A stretch of DNA of 64,000 nucleotides, from the NCBI GenBank assembly GCA_023247915.1, contig JAHFFN010000001.1, positions 9,417-73,416 of the forward strand. Direction: 5' to 3'. Positions 56,308 through 64,000 of this stretch are shown here, piece by piece. This DNA comes from Candidatus Omnitrophota bacterium. GTDB lineage: Bacteria; Omnitrophota; Gorgyraeia; 2-02-FULL-51-18. The notes beneath the pieces are model-generated. The model searched no databases. It was not told the origin of the DNA and was given only the letters and a program-made list of their open reading frames with translations. Each line of letters begins with the position of its first letter. Within the stretch, counting starts at the first letter, position 1. The position numbers were made by a program, and so were the translations under genes.

Positions 56308-56997
56308 TTACTTTTCCAGCTCAGCCGCCATCAAGATCGCTTCCGCGATTTCTTTCTGGGGTTTGTTCTTATCCATGCTGGCCTTCTGAATAAAGCGATG
56401 GGATTCTTCTTCGCCCATATGGTATCTCTTCATTAAGATCCGTTTTGCGCTATCCAAAGCCTTTTTCGTATTTAACGCTAACCGTGCTTCCGCTTCCTCC
56501 GAAACCAGCCTCCCGTGTTCCACCATGATCGCCGCTTGGTTGGCAATGGTCTGAACCAGCTGCACCTCTTCCTTAGAAAAGGTTTTTTCTTCTTCCGTGT
56601 AACAATTCAACACGCCGATCACTTTATCGGAAAGCATGAGTGGTACCGATAACAAAGAGCATAAACCTTCTTGCTTGGCGATTTCAGGGTAACTGTAAAT
56701 CGCATCCTGAGTCACATCCGCCACCTGAATCGCTTGTTTTTTGACCACCACGCGACCCGAGATGCTCTGCCCCACCTTAATGGGGGGTTTGTCGCGATAA
56801 GCGGCGCTCAAACTTTGAGTGGCTCTAATCACCAACTCTTCTTTATTTTTAGAGAGCAACATTAAAGAACAAATTTTAGACCCGATCAGTTCCGCCGTCA
56901 TCCCAACCACTTGCTGGAGAATGGCATCCAGATCTTGCTTACCTACCAAGGATCGGCTTATCTGATACAGCACTTCTAGCTGACGTTTTTCTTTCAC
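56308..56997 (-). CDS. GAF-ANTAR antitermination regulator (NasT/NasR-like)
   Basis: 229 aa. N-terminal GAF domain and a C-terminal ANTAR helix bundle (ALNTKKALDSAKRILMKRYHMGEEESHRFIQKASMD). Located next to nirB. Confidence 0.7.
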   Translation of the reverse strand: MKEKRQLEVLYQISRSLVGKQDLDAILQQVVGMTAELIGSKICSLMLLSKNKEELVIRATQSLSAAYRDKPPIKVGQSISGRVVVKKQAIQVADVTQDAIYSYPEIAKQEGLCSLLSVPLMLSDKVIGVLNCYTEEEKTFSKEEVQLVQTIANQAAIMVEHGRLVSEEAEARLALNTKKALDSAKRILMKRYHMGEEESHRFIQKASMDKNKPQKEIAEAILMAAELEK

Positions 56998-57284
56998 TGG
57001 ATGTTCCTGCTTTTTATAGAAGTATACTGGGGCTTGTTACGAATAGATTAACCTGGGGTTAAAATCGGGAGGTGGGGGTTGTGGGATCGCCGGGAGCGGG
57101 ACGTGACGCTGAATACATTTTCTTTAACAAAACCCTAGAAAGTGCGATAATAATTTCCGTAGTAGCCTTCCCTCGAGGGATCAGTCCTACCACTTAAATT
57201 GACCTCGAAGTAGTTCAGCCCAACTGAACGAAAGAAATGACAAAACCTGGTCGTTTACTTCACATTCAAAAAGGGGCTTGAACT

Positions 57285-57821
57285 ATGTCAAAACACATCG
57301 TTTCTGTTATTCAGGGTTCTGCGATTTCTTCAAAAATCTATCTGATCCGCGGAAAGCGCATCATGCTCGATTCTGATCTTGCGGAGCTATACAACGTTGG
57401 CACAAAAGTCATGAATCTAGCTGTTCGGAGAAATCTTAAGCGCTTTCCCGATGACTTTATGTTTCAGCTTTCTCAGGAAGAGACCGAATCTTTGAGGTTT
57501 CAAATTGAAACCTCAAAGAAAGGCCGTGGTGGCCGCCGTTATCTTCCCTATGCTTTTACTCAAGAAGGGGTGGCGATGCTTTCGGGTATTTTGAATAGCG
57601 ACCGAGCCATTGAGGCTAATATCCTCATCATGCGTGCCTTCACCAAGCTCCGGGAAATGGCCTCCGTGAACGAACTTATTCGTCAAAAGATAGATGACCT
57701 TGAGCATAAATATGAAAAACACGAAAAGAAATTTAAAATTATTTTTGAGGCGCTTCGAGAACTATTGGAACCAGCAAAACTATCAAAGAAAAAACCTATT
57801 GGATTCCACACGAAATACTAG
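57285..57821 (+). CDS. ORF6N (KilA-N-like) domain protein
   Basis: 178 aa. IRGKRIMLDSDLAELYNVGTKVMNLAVRRNLKRFPDDFMFQL is the ORF6N domain. The C-terminus is a coiled coil. Confidence 0.6.
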   Translation: MSKHIVSVIQGSAISSKIYLIRGKRIMLDSDLAELYNVGTKVMNLAVRRNLKRFPDDFMFQLSQEETESLRFQIETSKKGRGGRRYLPYAFTQEGVAMLSGILNSDRAIEANILIMRAFTKLREMASVNELIRQKIDDLEHKYEKHEKKFKIIFEALRELLEPAKLSKKKPIGFHTKY

Positions 57822-57834
57822 GGGAGAAAAATGT

Positions 57835-58017
57835 GAGCCGGGCGCGGATCGGCGCCCTCCACTACGTAAGTCTTGTCGACTCCGTCGACAAGCTTACTTC
57901 GTTCCGGGTCGGCCATTCGACGTCGTTGATGGATGGCGTAAACTAATTGAGTTGTCTTTGTGGCAACTCAATTAGTTTACGCTTTTATTTGGGCAACGAC
58001 GTCTCTCTTCGATCCGC
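57835..58017 (-). repeat. tRNA-linked structured element, copy C, bounded by a 17-nt direct repeat of the tRNA-Lys 3' end
   Basis: gagccgggcgcggatcg at 57835-57851 is the complement of the tRNA-Lys 3' end CGATCCGCGCCCGGCTC. The inner end reads (minus sense) GAGCCGG-GCGCG-GATCGAAGAGAG and the outer end GGGCGC-CGATC-CGCGC-CCGGCTC. It shares the ACTTCGTT..CGGGTCGGCCA..TTTGTGGCA blocks with copies A and B, plus two extra long hairpins (a 15-bp stem aaactaattgagttg/caactcaattagttt). Confidence 0.55.
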
Positions 58018-58059
58018 GCCCGGCTCAATTTTTGAACCGAAAAAAAACCCGAAAAAAAT

Positions 58060-58132
58060 TGAGCCGGGCGCGGATCGAACGCGCGACACCTTCCTTAAAA
58101 GGGAAGTGCTCTACCAACTGAGCTACCGGCTC
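58060..58132 (-). tRNA. tRNA-Lys (anticodon TTT)
   Basis: GAGCCGG-TA-GCTC..GAGC-A-CTTCC-CTTTTAA-GGAAG-GTGTC-GCGCG-TTCGATC-CGCGC-CCGGCTC-A. Confidence 0.9.
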
Positions 58133-58153
58133 TAAAAATTTTTCGGAGTTATT

Positions 58154-58714
58154 TCAAACCTGGGTGAGCTCTTTTTCCTTCGAGGATTGAGCTTGGTCAA
58201 TGATCTGAATGTACTTATCGGTAAGTTTTTGAATGCTATCCAAAGTTTTTGTCTTTTCATCTTCGGTGATTGCTTTGTCTTTCTCTAAAACTTTAATTCG
58301 CTCATTGGCGTCACGGCGAACAGAGCGCACGGAGACACGGCCTTCTTCGGCAATCTTGTGAAGAATTTTCACTAGTTCCTCACGGCGTTCACGCGTCAGC
58401 GGAGGAATGGATAAACGAATTTGCTTTCCGTCCACAATGGGAGCGATGCCCAGATCGGAGTCCGCGATCGCCTTTTCTATCGGCTTGAGCGCTCCCGCGT
58501 CCCAAGGCGCGATCACAATCAAACGAGGTTCAGGAACCGTGATGCTAGCGATCTGCTTCATCGGTGTCATGGCACCATAATAATCCACGCGCAAATTATC
58601 CACCATACTGCTATTGGCACGACCCGTGCGAATCCCGCCGAGATTTTGATTCAAGGCGTCGATGGACTTTTTCATCTTTTCTTCGCATTCTTTAATGACG
58701 ATTTGTGAGCTCAT
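58154..58714 (-). CDS. frr: Ribosome recycling factor
   Basis: 186 aa, RRF family. Confidence 0.9.
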   Translation of the reverse strand: MSSQIVIKECEEKMKKSIDALNQNLGGIRTGRANSSMVDNLRVDYYGAMTPMKQIASITVPEPRLIVIAPWDAGALKPIEKAIADSDLGIAPIVDGKQIRLSIPPLTRERREELVKILHKIAEEGRVSVRSVRRDANERIKVLEKDKAITEDEKTKTLDSIQKLTDKYIQIIDQAQSSKEKELTQV

Positions 58715-58728
58715 AAAAATTTTAGGCT

Positions 58729-59463
58729 TTAATTAGAAACAACGGTTCCGATGTTTTCCCCGGTCACAGCCCGGCGAATATTACCCTGTTTCAAAAGATC
58801 AAACACGATGATGGGCAAATTATTATCCATGCAAAGGCTGATCGCCGTGGCATCCATCACCTTGAGACTCTTTTTCAAAACTTCCATGTAGCGAATATGC
58901 GTGAAGCGTTTGGCATTCTTCACTTTTTTGGGATCCGCCGAATAAATGCCATCCACCTTGGTGGCTTTTAAAATGACATCCGCGCCCAGTTCAATCGCGC
59001 GAAGTGCCGCGGTCGTATCCGTCGTAAAATAAGGATTTCCGGTACCACCAGCTAAAATGACGATACGGTTTTTTTCCAGATGACGTATCGCGCGGCGGCG
59101 AATGTACGGCTCGGCTAATGCTTCCATGTTGATCGCGGTTTGGACGCGTGTGAAAGCGCCCTTACGCTCAAGCGCGTCTTGAAGCGCCATCGCGTTGATC
59201 ACCGTGGCAAGCATTCCCATGTAATCCGCGGTCGAGCGATCCATGCCGCGGGACGCCGCTTGGAGACCTCTAAAAATATTGCCTCCGCCGATCACGACGG
59301 CTAGTTCCACGCCGAGCGCCTTCACATCAATCAACTGCAGCGCGATCGAATCTACAATTTTAGGATCAATCCCGTAATTGAGACTGCCTTGGAGAGCTTC
59401 CCCGCTGAGCTTTAGAAGCACCCGTTTGTAGGTTTTCGATTTCTTCATGAAGTTAAGCGGCAA
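58729..59463 (-). CDS. pyrH: UMP kinase
   Basis: [11 protein letters not shown]-terminal motif. Lies in the conserved rpsB-tsf-pyrH-frr order. Confidence 0.9.
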   Translation of the reverse strand: MPLNFMKKSKTYKRVLLKLSGEALQGSLNYGIDPKIVDSIALQLIDVKALGVELAVVIGGGNIFRGLQAASRGMDRSTADYMGMLATVINAMALQDALERKGAFTRVQTAINMEALAEPYIRRRAIRHLEKNRIVILAGGTGNPYFTTDTTAALRAIELGADVILKATKVDGIYSADPKKVKNAKRFTHIRYMEVLKKSLKVMDATAISLCMDNNLPIIVFDLLKQGNIRRAVTGENIGTVVSN

Positions 59464-60292
59464 TCGCCTCGCCTAGTTGAAAACGAACAAAACTTTGAAT
59501 CTTCACCGTTTCGCCTAATTTCTTCGAAGCGTCATCCAATAATTTTTGGACGGACATCTTGTCGTCTTTGATAAACGGCTGTTCCAAAAGACATTGGGTT
59601 TGATAAAATTTATCCAATTTCCCTTGGACAATTTTTTCGAGAATATTTTCGGGTTTCCCCTTCACTTCTTCCCTAAAAACCGCCTTTTCGCGCTCGACAA
59701 TAATGGAAGGCACTTCGGCGCGTGTCAAAGAAATCGGATTGGACGCCGCGATTTGCATCGCGATATTTTTTCCGAGTTCTTCCAAAGCCGGATTCGACGC
59801 CGATTTGGGCGCAACGATTTCAACCAACACACCGAGTTTGTTATTGGAATGAATGTAGGTGAAGAAAACGCCGTCCTTGGTTTCGGCGAGTTTCGCGCGG
59901 CGAACCAGCATTTTCTCGCCGATTTTTCCGGAAAGCTCCGCGATGCGGGCATTTAGTTTTTCAGAACCCAACGCGCTTTCGCCGCCGGCCAAAACTTCGT
60001 CCATCGCCATCCCGGTCAGATTTTTAAAATCATCTGTCCGAGCCACGAAATCGGTTTCGCAATTGGTTTCCACGAGCACCGCTTTTTTGCCATTCACGCG
60101 GGAAGTGATCAAGCCTTCTTTGGCCTCACGGCCGGCGCGCTTGGCGGCAGATGCCATGCCTTTTTTCCGGAGGAAATCAATGGCCTGCTCGATATTTCCA
60201 TTAGTGGCTTGGAGCGCGGCCTTGCAATCCATCATGCCTGCGCCCGTACGATCGCGCAGTTCTTTGACGTGGTCAGCGGAGGCGATGCTCAT
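59453..60292 (-). CDS. tsf: Elongation factor Ts
   Basis: [20 protein letters not shown]-terminal UBA-like motif. Confidence 0.9.
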   Translation of the reverse strand: MSIASADHVKELRDRTGAGMMDCKAALQATNGNIEQAIDFLRKKGMASAAKRAGREAKEGLITSRVNGKKAVLVETNCETDFVARTDDFKNLTGMAMDEVLAGGESALGSEKLNARIAELSGKIGEKMLVRRAKLAETKDGVFFTYIHSNNKLGVLVEIVAPKSASNPALEELGKNIAMQIAASNPISLTRAEVPSIIVEREKAVFREEVKGKPENILEKIVQGKLDKFYQTQCLLEQPFIKDDKMSVQKLLDDASKKLGETVKIQSFVRFQLGEAIAA

Positions 60293-61056
60293 GAATTGCC
60301 TGCCACCACTTCTTCAATGGATTCGTCTTTGTCGGGTTTGACTTCAGAGCGGCTGATTTTTTGCACGCCTTCCAACACGCTATCCACAATGATGGAGGTG
60401 ATTAATTTGATCGAACGAATCGCATCGTCATTGCCGGGAATCGGATACTGAATGCGATCCGGATCGGAATCCGTGTCCACGATGCCGACCACGGGAATTC
60501 CCAAACGATTGGCTTCTTTGACCGCAATATCCTCTTTCTTGGCGTCAATCACGAACATCGCGCCCGGGAGACGAGGCATATCGGTCACGCCTTTTAGATT
60601 TTTTTCAAGCTTCTGGATTTCGGATTCGAGCATTGAAACTTCTTTTTTGGTGAGCGCTTCAAAGGTACCGTCTTCGCGCATCAGAATCAGGCTCTTATAA
60701 CGCTTGATGCTGTTTTTGATGGTCTGATAATTGGTCAACATCCCGCCCAACCAACGATGATTCACATAAAACATGTTGCAGCGTTTGGCTTCAGCTTCAA
60801 TGATAGCCTGGGCTTGGGGTTTGGTACCGACAAAAAGAACCGGGGCGCCTTGAGAGGCGACATCGCGCATAAAGTTACAAGCGCGAGTGATGTGTGCCGC
60901 GGTCTTTTCAAGATCAATGATGTAGATACCGCTTTTTTCCCCAAAAATATATTGTTTCATTTTGGGGTTCCATTTTTTGGTTTGGTGACCGAAATGGACG
61001 CCGGCCTCGAGCAGATTTTGGATTAACTCTTTAGACAAGGTACTCTCCTTCTTCAT
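60289..61056 (-). CDS. rpsB: 30S ribosomal protein S2
   Basis: [19 protein letters not shown] motif. Confidence 0.9.
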   Translation of the reverse strand: MKKESTLSKELIQNLLEAGVHFGHQTKKWNPKMKQYIFGEKSGIYIIDLEKTAAHITRACNFMRDVASQGAPVLFVGTKPQAQAIIEAEAKRCNMFYVNHRWLGGMLTNYQTIKNSIKRYKSLILMREDGTFEALTKKEVSMLESEIQKLEKNLKGVTDMPRLPGAMFVIDAKKEDIAVKEANRLGIPVVGIVDTDSDPDRIQYPIPGNDDAIRSIKLITSIIVDSVLEGVQKISRSEVKPDKDESIEEVVAGNS

Positions 61057-61259
61057 TTTAAGGAATCACATAAGCCTTTATCTTTAAAAGACTTAGGCAC
61101 GTCTTTCGACGTTCATTCCCGCCCGGATCTAGGATCCGAGCCCCTTCGTTTTAGGCGCTTATAAAGAAGCCACAATGGCTACTAAAAACCGCCTACTTTT
61201 GTAAAGTTAGGATTATACCAGAGATTCAAAGCCAGGCAAGGATTTTCGCTTGGAGGCTC

Positions 61260-63077
61260 TTAGATACGAAATTGGAGCTCATAAAGCCGCTTGTAGAGGC
61301 CGTTTTTGGCGAGCAATTCGTCATGGGTGCCGATTTCCGCGATCTGGCTGTTATCGATCACCAAAATACGGTGCGCGTCTTTAATCGTCGACAAACGGTG
61401 GGCAATCACAAGCACGGTGCGCCCTTTCATCAAATTATGAATCGCCTCCTGCACCAAAATTTCAGATTCGGAGTCGAGCGCCGAGGTCGCTTCATCTAAA
61501 ATCAGAAGTGGCGGGTTTTTGAGCACCGCCCGGGCGATGGAAAGGCGCTGTCTCTCTCCTCCGGACAGGCGTACCCCGCGATCCCCAATCATCGTTTGAT
61601 ACTTAAGAGGAAGTTTGCAGATAAATTCATGCGCGTTGGCGATACGAGCGGCTTTTTCAATGTCTTCCTGCGGCGTTTTGGAACGGCCATAAGCGATATT
61701 GGAACTGACCGTGTCATTAAAAAGAACGGTTTCTTGGGTGACAATGCCAATCTGCTCGCGCAAAGACTTGAGCGTCACGTCTTTAATTGGAATCCCATCA
61801 ATCGAGATCACCCCTTCTTGCGGATCATAAAAACGCGGAAGCAAATTCACAAGACTCGTCTTCCCCGCGCCGCTGGGTCCGACAATCGCAACGATCTCAC
61901 CGGCCTTGGCCTTAAAACTGATTTTGGATAAATTAATTTTCTCGCCGTAACTAAACGTCACATTGTCGAATGAAATTTCTTTTTTGAGAGGCGCCAAATT
62001 TTTGGCTTGGGGCTTTTCAACGATGGTGTTAGGCGCGTCCATGATTTCAAAAATACGTTCGGCGGCGGCCATTGCGTGTTGATTAATCCCATGCACCCGG
62101 CTCAAGCGCTTAAACGGCCTTAAAAGTGAAAAAAGCGCCAAGAGAAATGCGATGAAAGCCCCCGGCGACATGTGATTGTCGATGACTTCACGGCCCCCGG
62201 TCCAAAGCACGATCCCTAAGCAGAGAAATCCGATAAATTCCGTCAGCGGCGCCACAATAATCATGCGGCTGATCGAGAGCATCATGGTTTGATAGAGAGA
62301 TTGGTTTTGGCGTTCAAAACGCTGGTTTTCATATTTTTCCATGCCAAACCCCTGAACAATGCGAATACCAGAAATCGATTCAAAAAGTGTCGAGTTGATC
62401 TCCGCCACTTGCTCTTGGCTGGAGCGACTGATTTTTTTGAGACGACGCCCCACGCGGAACACGGGATAAATGACCAGCGGCAATAAAATAAAAATAATAA
62501 AAACAAGTTTCCAGGGAATGTCGAAAATGTATTTGACCGACAAAAGCGCGAAAATATTCATCACAATCTGCACCGGCTGAAAAAGAAAATCCGTAAGCCC
62601 CTCGGAAATCGCGTCACGAATCACCCCCGTGTCATAAGTGATTCTCGACACCAAGGCGCCCGTCTGAGCCTTGGAAAAGAAACTCAAAGGCAGGCTAATA
62701 ATTTTTTGATACACCTGATTGCGCACGTCCCGGATCACGCATTGGCTCACATCATTCATGAGATAAGATTGGAAATATTCAAAAATCAGTCTTAAGAAAG
62801 TGGTGCCAATCGTCCAAAAAATAATTAGATTTAAAAGATCCCAGCGCGGCAACGCGTTTAGGTGATACACGAAATCAACGATAAACGTAGGTAGCTGATC
62901 TTGATGCGGAAGAACGATGGGTTTTCCCGCCAAAATCGTATCAATAAAAGGGATCAGCACGCCGATAATCGGCAGTCCGCTCAAAAGCGAATTCATCACC
63001 ATCGTCACAAATGCCAGATACAACCTCTGCTTATGCGGTCCGACAAAACCGATGAGACGTCGATAATTACTTTTCAT
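61260..63077 (-). CDS. ABC exporter, fused permease-ATPase (MsbA-like lipid exporter family)
   Basis: 605 aa. 6-TM domain and NBD (GPSGAGKTS, LSGGERQRLSIARA, LILDEATSALD). Confidence 0.8.
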   Translation of the reverse strand: MKSNYRRLIGFVGPHKQRLYLAFVTMVMNSLLSGLPIIGVLIPFIDTILAGKPIVLPHQDQLPTFIVDFVYHLNALPRWDLLNLIIFWTIGTTFLRLIFEYFQSYLMNDVSQCVIRDVRNQVYQKIISLPLSFFSKAQTGALVSRITYDTGVIRDAISEGLTDFLFQPVQIVMNIFALLSVKYIFDIPWKLVFIIFILLPLVIYPVFRVGRRLKKISRSSQEQVAEINSTLFESISGIRIVQGFGMEKYENQRFERQNQSLYQTMMLSISRMIIVAPLTEFIGFLCLGIVLWTGGREVIDNHMSPGAFIAFLLALFSLLRPFKRLSRVHGINQHAMAAAERIFEIMDAPNTIVEKPQAKNLAPLKKEISFDNVTFSYGEKINLSKISFKAKAGEIVAIVGPSGAGKTSLVNLLPRFYDPQEGVISIDGIPIKDVTLKSLREQIGIVTQETVLFNDTVSSNIAYGRSKTPQEDIEKAARIANAHEFICKLPLKYQTMIGDRGVRLSGGERQRLSIARAVLKNPPLLILDEATSALDSESEILVQEAIHNLMKGRTVLVIAHRLSTIKDAHRILVIDNSQIAEIGTHDELLAKNGLYKRLYELQFRI

Positions 63078-64000
63078 AAAGCGCGTAGTCTCCCGAACGA
63101 GCTGTTTCGTGTATACCCAGTTCTGTTAATCGAGCGGACATGGGCATCGCCTCTTTATCAAACATCAGACACAAAAAGCGCCCCGGTGGATTTTTAGCGG
63201 CGGAAATCAACGCGTTTTCATCATCCAAATATCTCGTTTGCCTTCCCAAATAAAAATTGGAAGCGGGCGCCTCATGATAGTGATAGAGGTACAGAATGTC
63301 TTGAGCGTTTGTTTTGGACTCAATGGCGGGAGCGATATTTTTAATCGGACGGCTGTAGTCTTGATTAAACACATGCGAATAATGCACATGAAGCGCCAAA
63401 ATACCCAAAAATAATAATTTCACTCCGCCGGAGTATTTTTCATCCAGCAGGCGACCGGAAACATAGGCCACCGATAAGGAAAGCGCCGGGTACGCCGGAA
63501 AAATATACCAGGGGAGCTTGGTTTTCATGAGCGTCACGATAATAAAAATAACGAACATCCACAACGACAGATAAATAATTTCCTCAAGACGATCTTTGAT
63601 CGCCTTAAAAAGAAAAAAGGGCGCCGAAAAAACGCCCACGAGGATCCAAGGATGATATTTATTCACCATAGTGCGAATATAAAAGTAATAGTTCCCCGCG
63701 TGCCCTTCCAATGCCTGAGAACTTCTCAAGAAAAAATGTTTGTAAAGCGCTTCGTCTAAATACGCCTGCCCGTAATGCGCGGCCTGATACCCTGTCCAAC
63801 CGACCGCCATCACTAAAAAAACCCCTAGACCCGCCCAAAAAGCCGGTCGTTTTAAAAGCACCAGCTCGTCCGCCCACCAGGCATAAAATCCGACGATAGG
63901 AAACACAAAAGCAATCGCGAAGCTTTTAGTCAAAAAACCAAATCCCGCCGCCAGCCCGAAAAAAACCAGGTAGCGGTCTTTTTCGCGTCCCAACCAGAAA
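63067..64000 (-). CDS. GT-C family (PMT_2/ArnT-like) membrane glycosyltransferase, C-terminal part (gene continues beyond window end)
   Basis: Polytopic membrane protein with the C-terminal block typical of ArnT-like proteins. The reading frame is open to the window edge. Confidence 0.5.
   Translation of the reverse strand, partial: FWLGREKDRYLVFFGLAAGFGFLTKSFAIAFVFPIVGFYAWWADELVLLKRPAFWAGLGVFLVMAVGWTGYQAAHYGQAYLDEALYKHFFLRSSQALEGHAGNYYFYIRTMVNKYHPWILVGVFSAPFFLFKAIKDRLEEIIYLSLWMFVIFIIVTLMKTKLPWYIFPAYPALSLSVAYVSGRLLDEKYSGGVKLLFLGILALHVHYSHVFNQDYSRPIKNIAPAIESKTNAQDILYLYHYHEAPASNFYLGRQTRYLDDENALISAAKNPPGRFLCLMFDKEAMPMSARLTELGIHETARSGDYALYEK

Noticed and set aside
1-64000. CRISPR arrays, rRNA genes, IS elements, integrase genes
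   Set aside because: No regularly spaced direct repeats were seen. No rRNA-like conserved blocks. No transposase or recombinase-like ORFs among the translated frames.

Overview
This 64 kb bacterial window has about 50% GC and almost every gene on the minus strand. Shine-Dalgarno sequences are weak or absent, and there are many ATGA/TTG-type overlapping starts, so long translationally coupled operons are likely. Four blocks stand out.

(1) Positions 1-36500 are a cell-envelope glycan/export region with a lasso-peptide-type RiPP gene cluster embedded in it. The envelope genes are AsmA-like, Wzc, Wza, an Arn-like aminosugar pathway (GDP-mannose 4,6-dehydratase, FdtA-like isomerase, DegT aminotransferase, C-methyltransferase), three polyprenyl-P-sugar synthase-type GT2s, six or more GT-C (PMT/ArnT-like) membrane glycosyltransferases and three AlgX/AlgJ-like SGNH proteins. 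The RiPP cluster has a split B1 (PqqD) and B2 (transglutaminase-like protease), an asparagine-synthetase-like cyclase, an HPr-kinase-like tailoring kinase, a PF14907-type nucleotidyltransferase and an ABC exporter. It also has two tandem Fe(II)/2OG-oxygenase-RRE fusion proteins, and a 51-aa precursor ORF absent from the ORF track at 9856..10011.

(2) serS lies beside two tRNA-Ser genes, followed by a complete molybdenum-cofactor operon (moaA, fused moaC-mogA, moeA, moaD, moaE, mobA).

(3) An assimilatory nitrate/nitrite locus contains nirBD, nasA with a DmsB/DmsC-like fused FeS-membrane subunit, an NrtABCD-type ABC transporter, a porin and a GAF-ANTAR regulator. Three covarying-stem hairpins with a shared AAAGNN hexaloop sit between its genes.

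(4) A housekeeping block contains rpsB-tsf-pyrH-frr, tRNA-Lys and an MsbA-like exporter.

A family of 140-185 nt structured elements sits immediately 3' of three different tRNA genes. Each copy is bounded by a 15-17 nt direct repeat of that tRNA's 3' end and carries a minihelix-like mimic of its acceptor/T-arm. Two copies are about 85% identical and show compensatory base-pair changes in a shared hairpin. No CRISPR array, rRNA, integrase or transposase gene was found.
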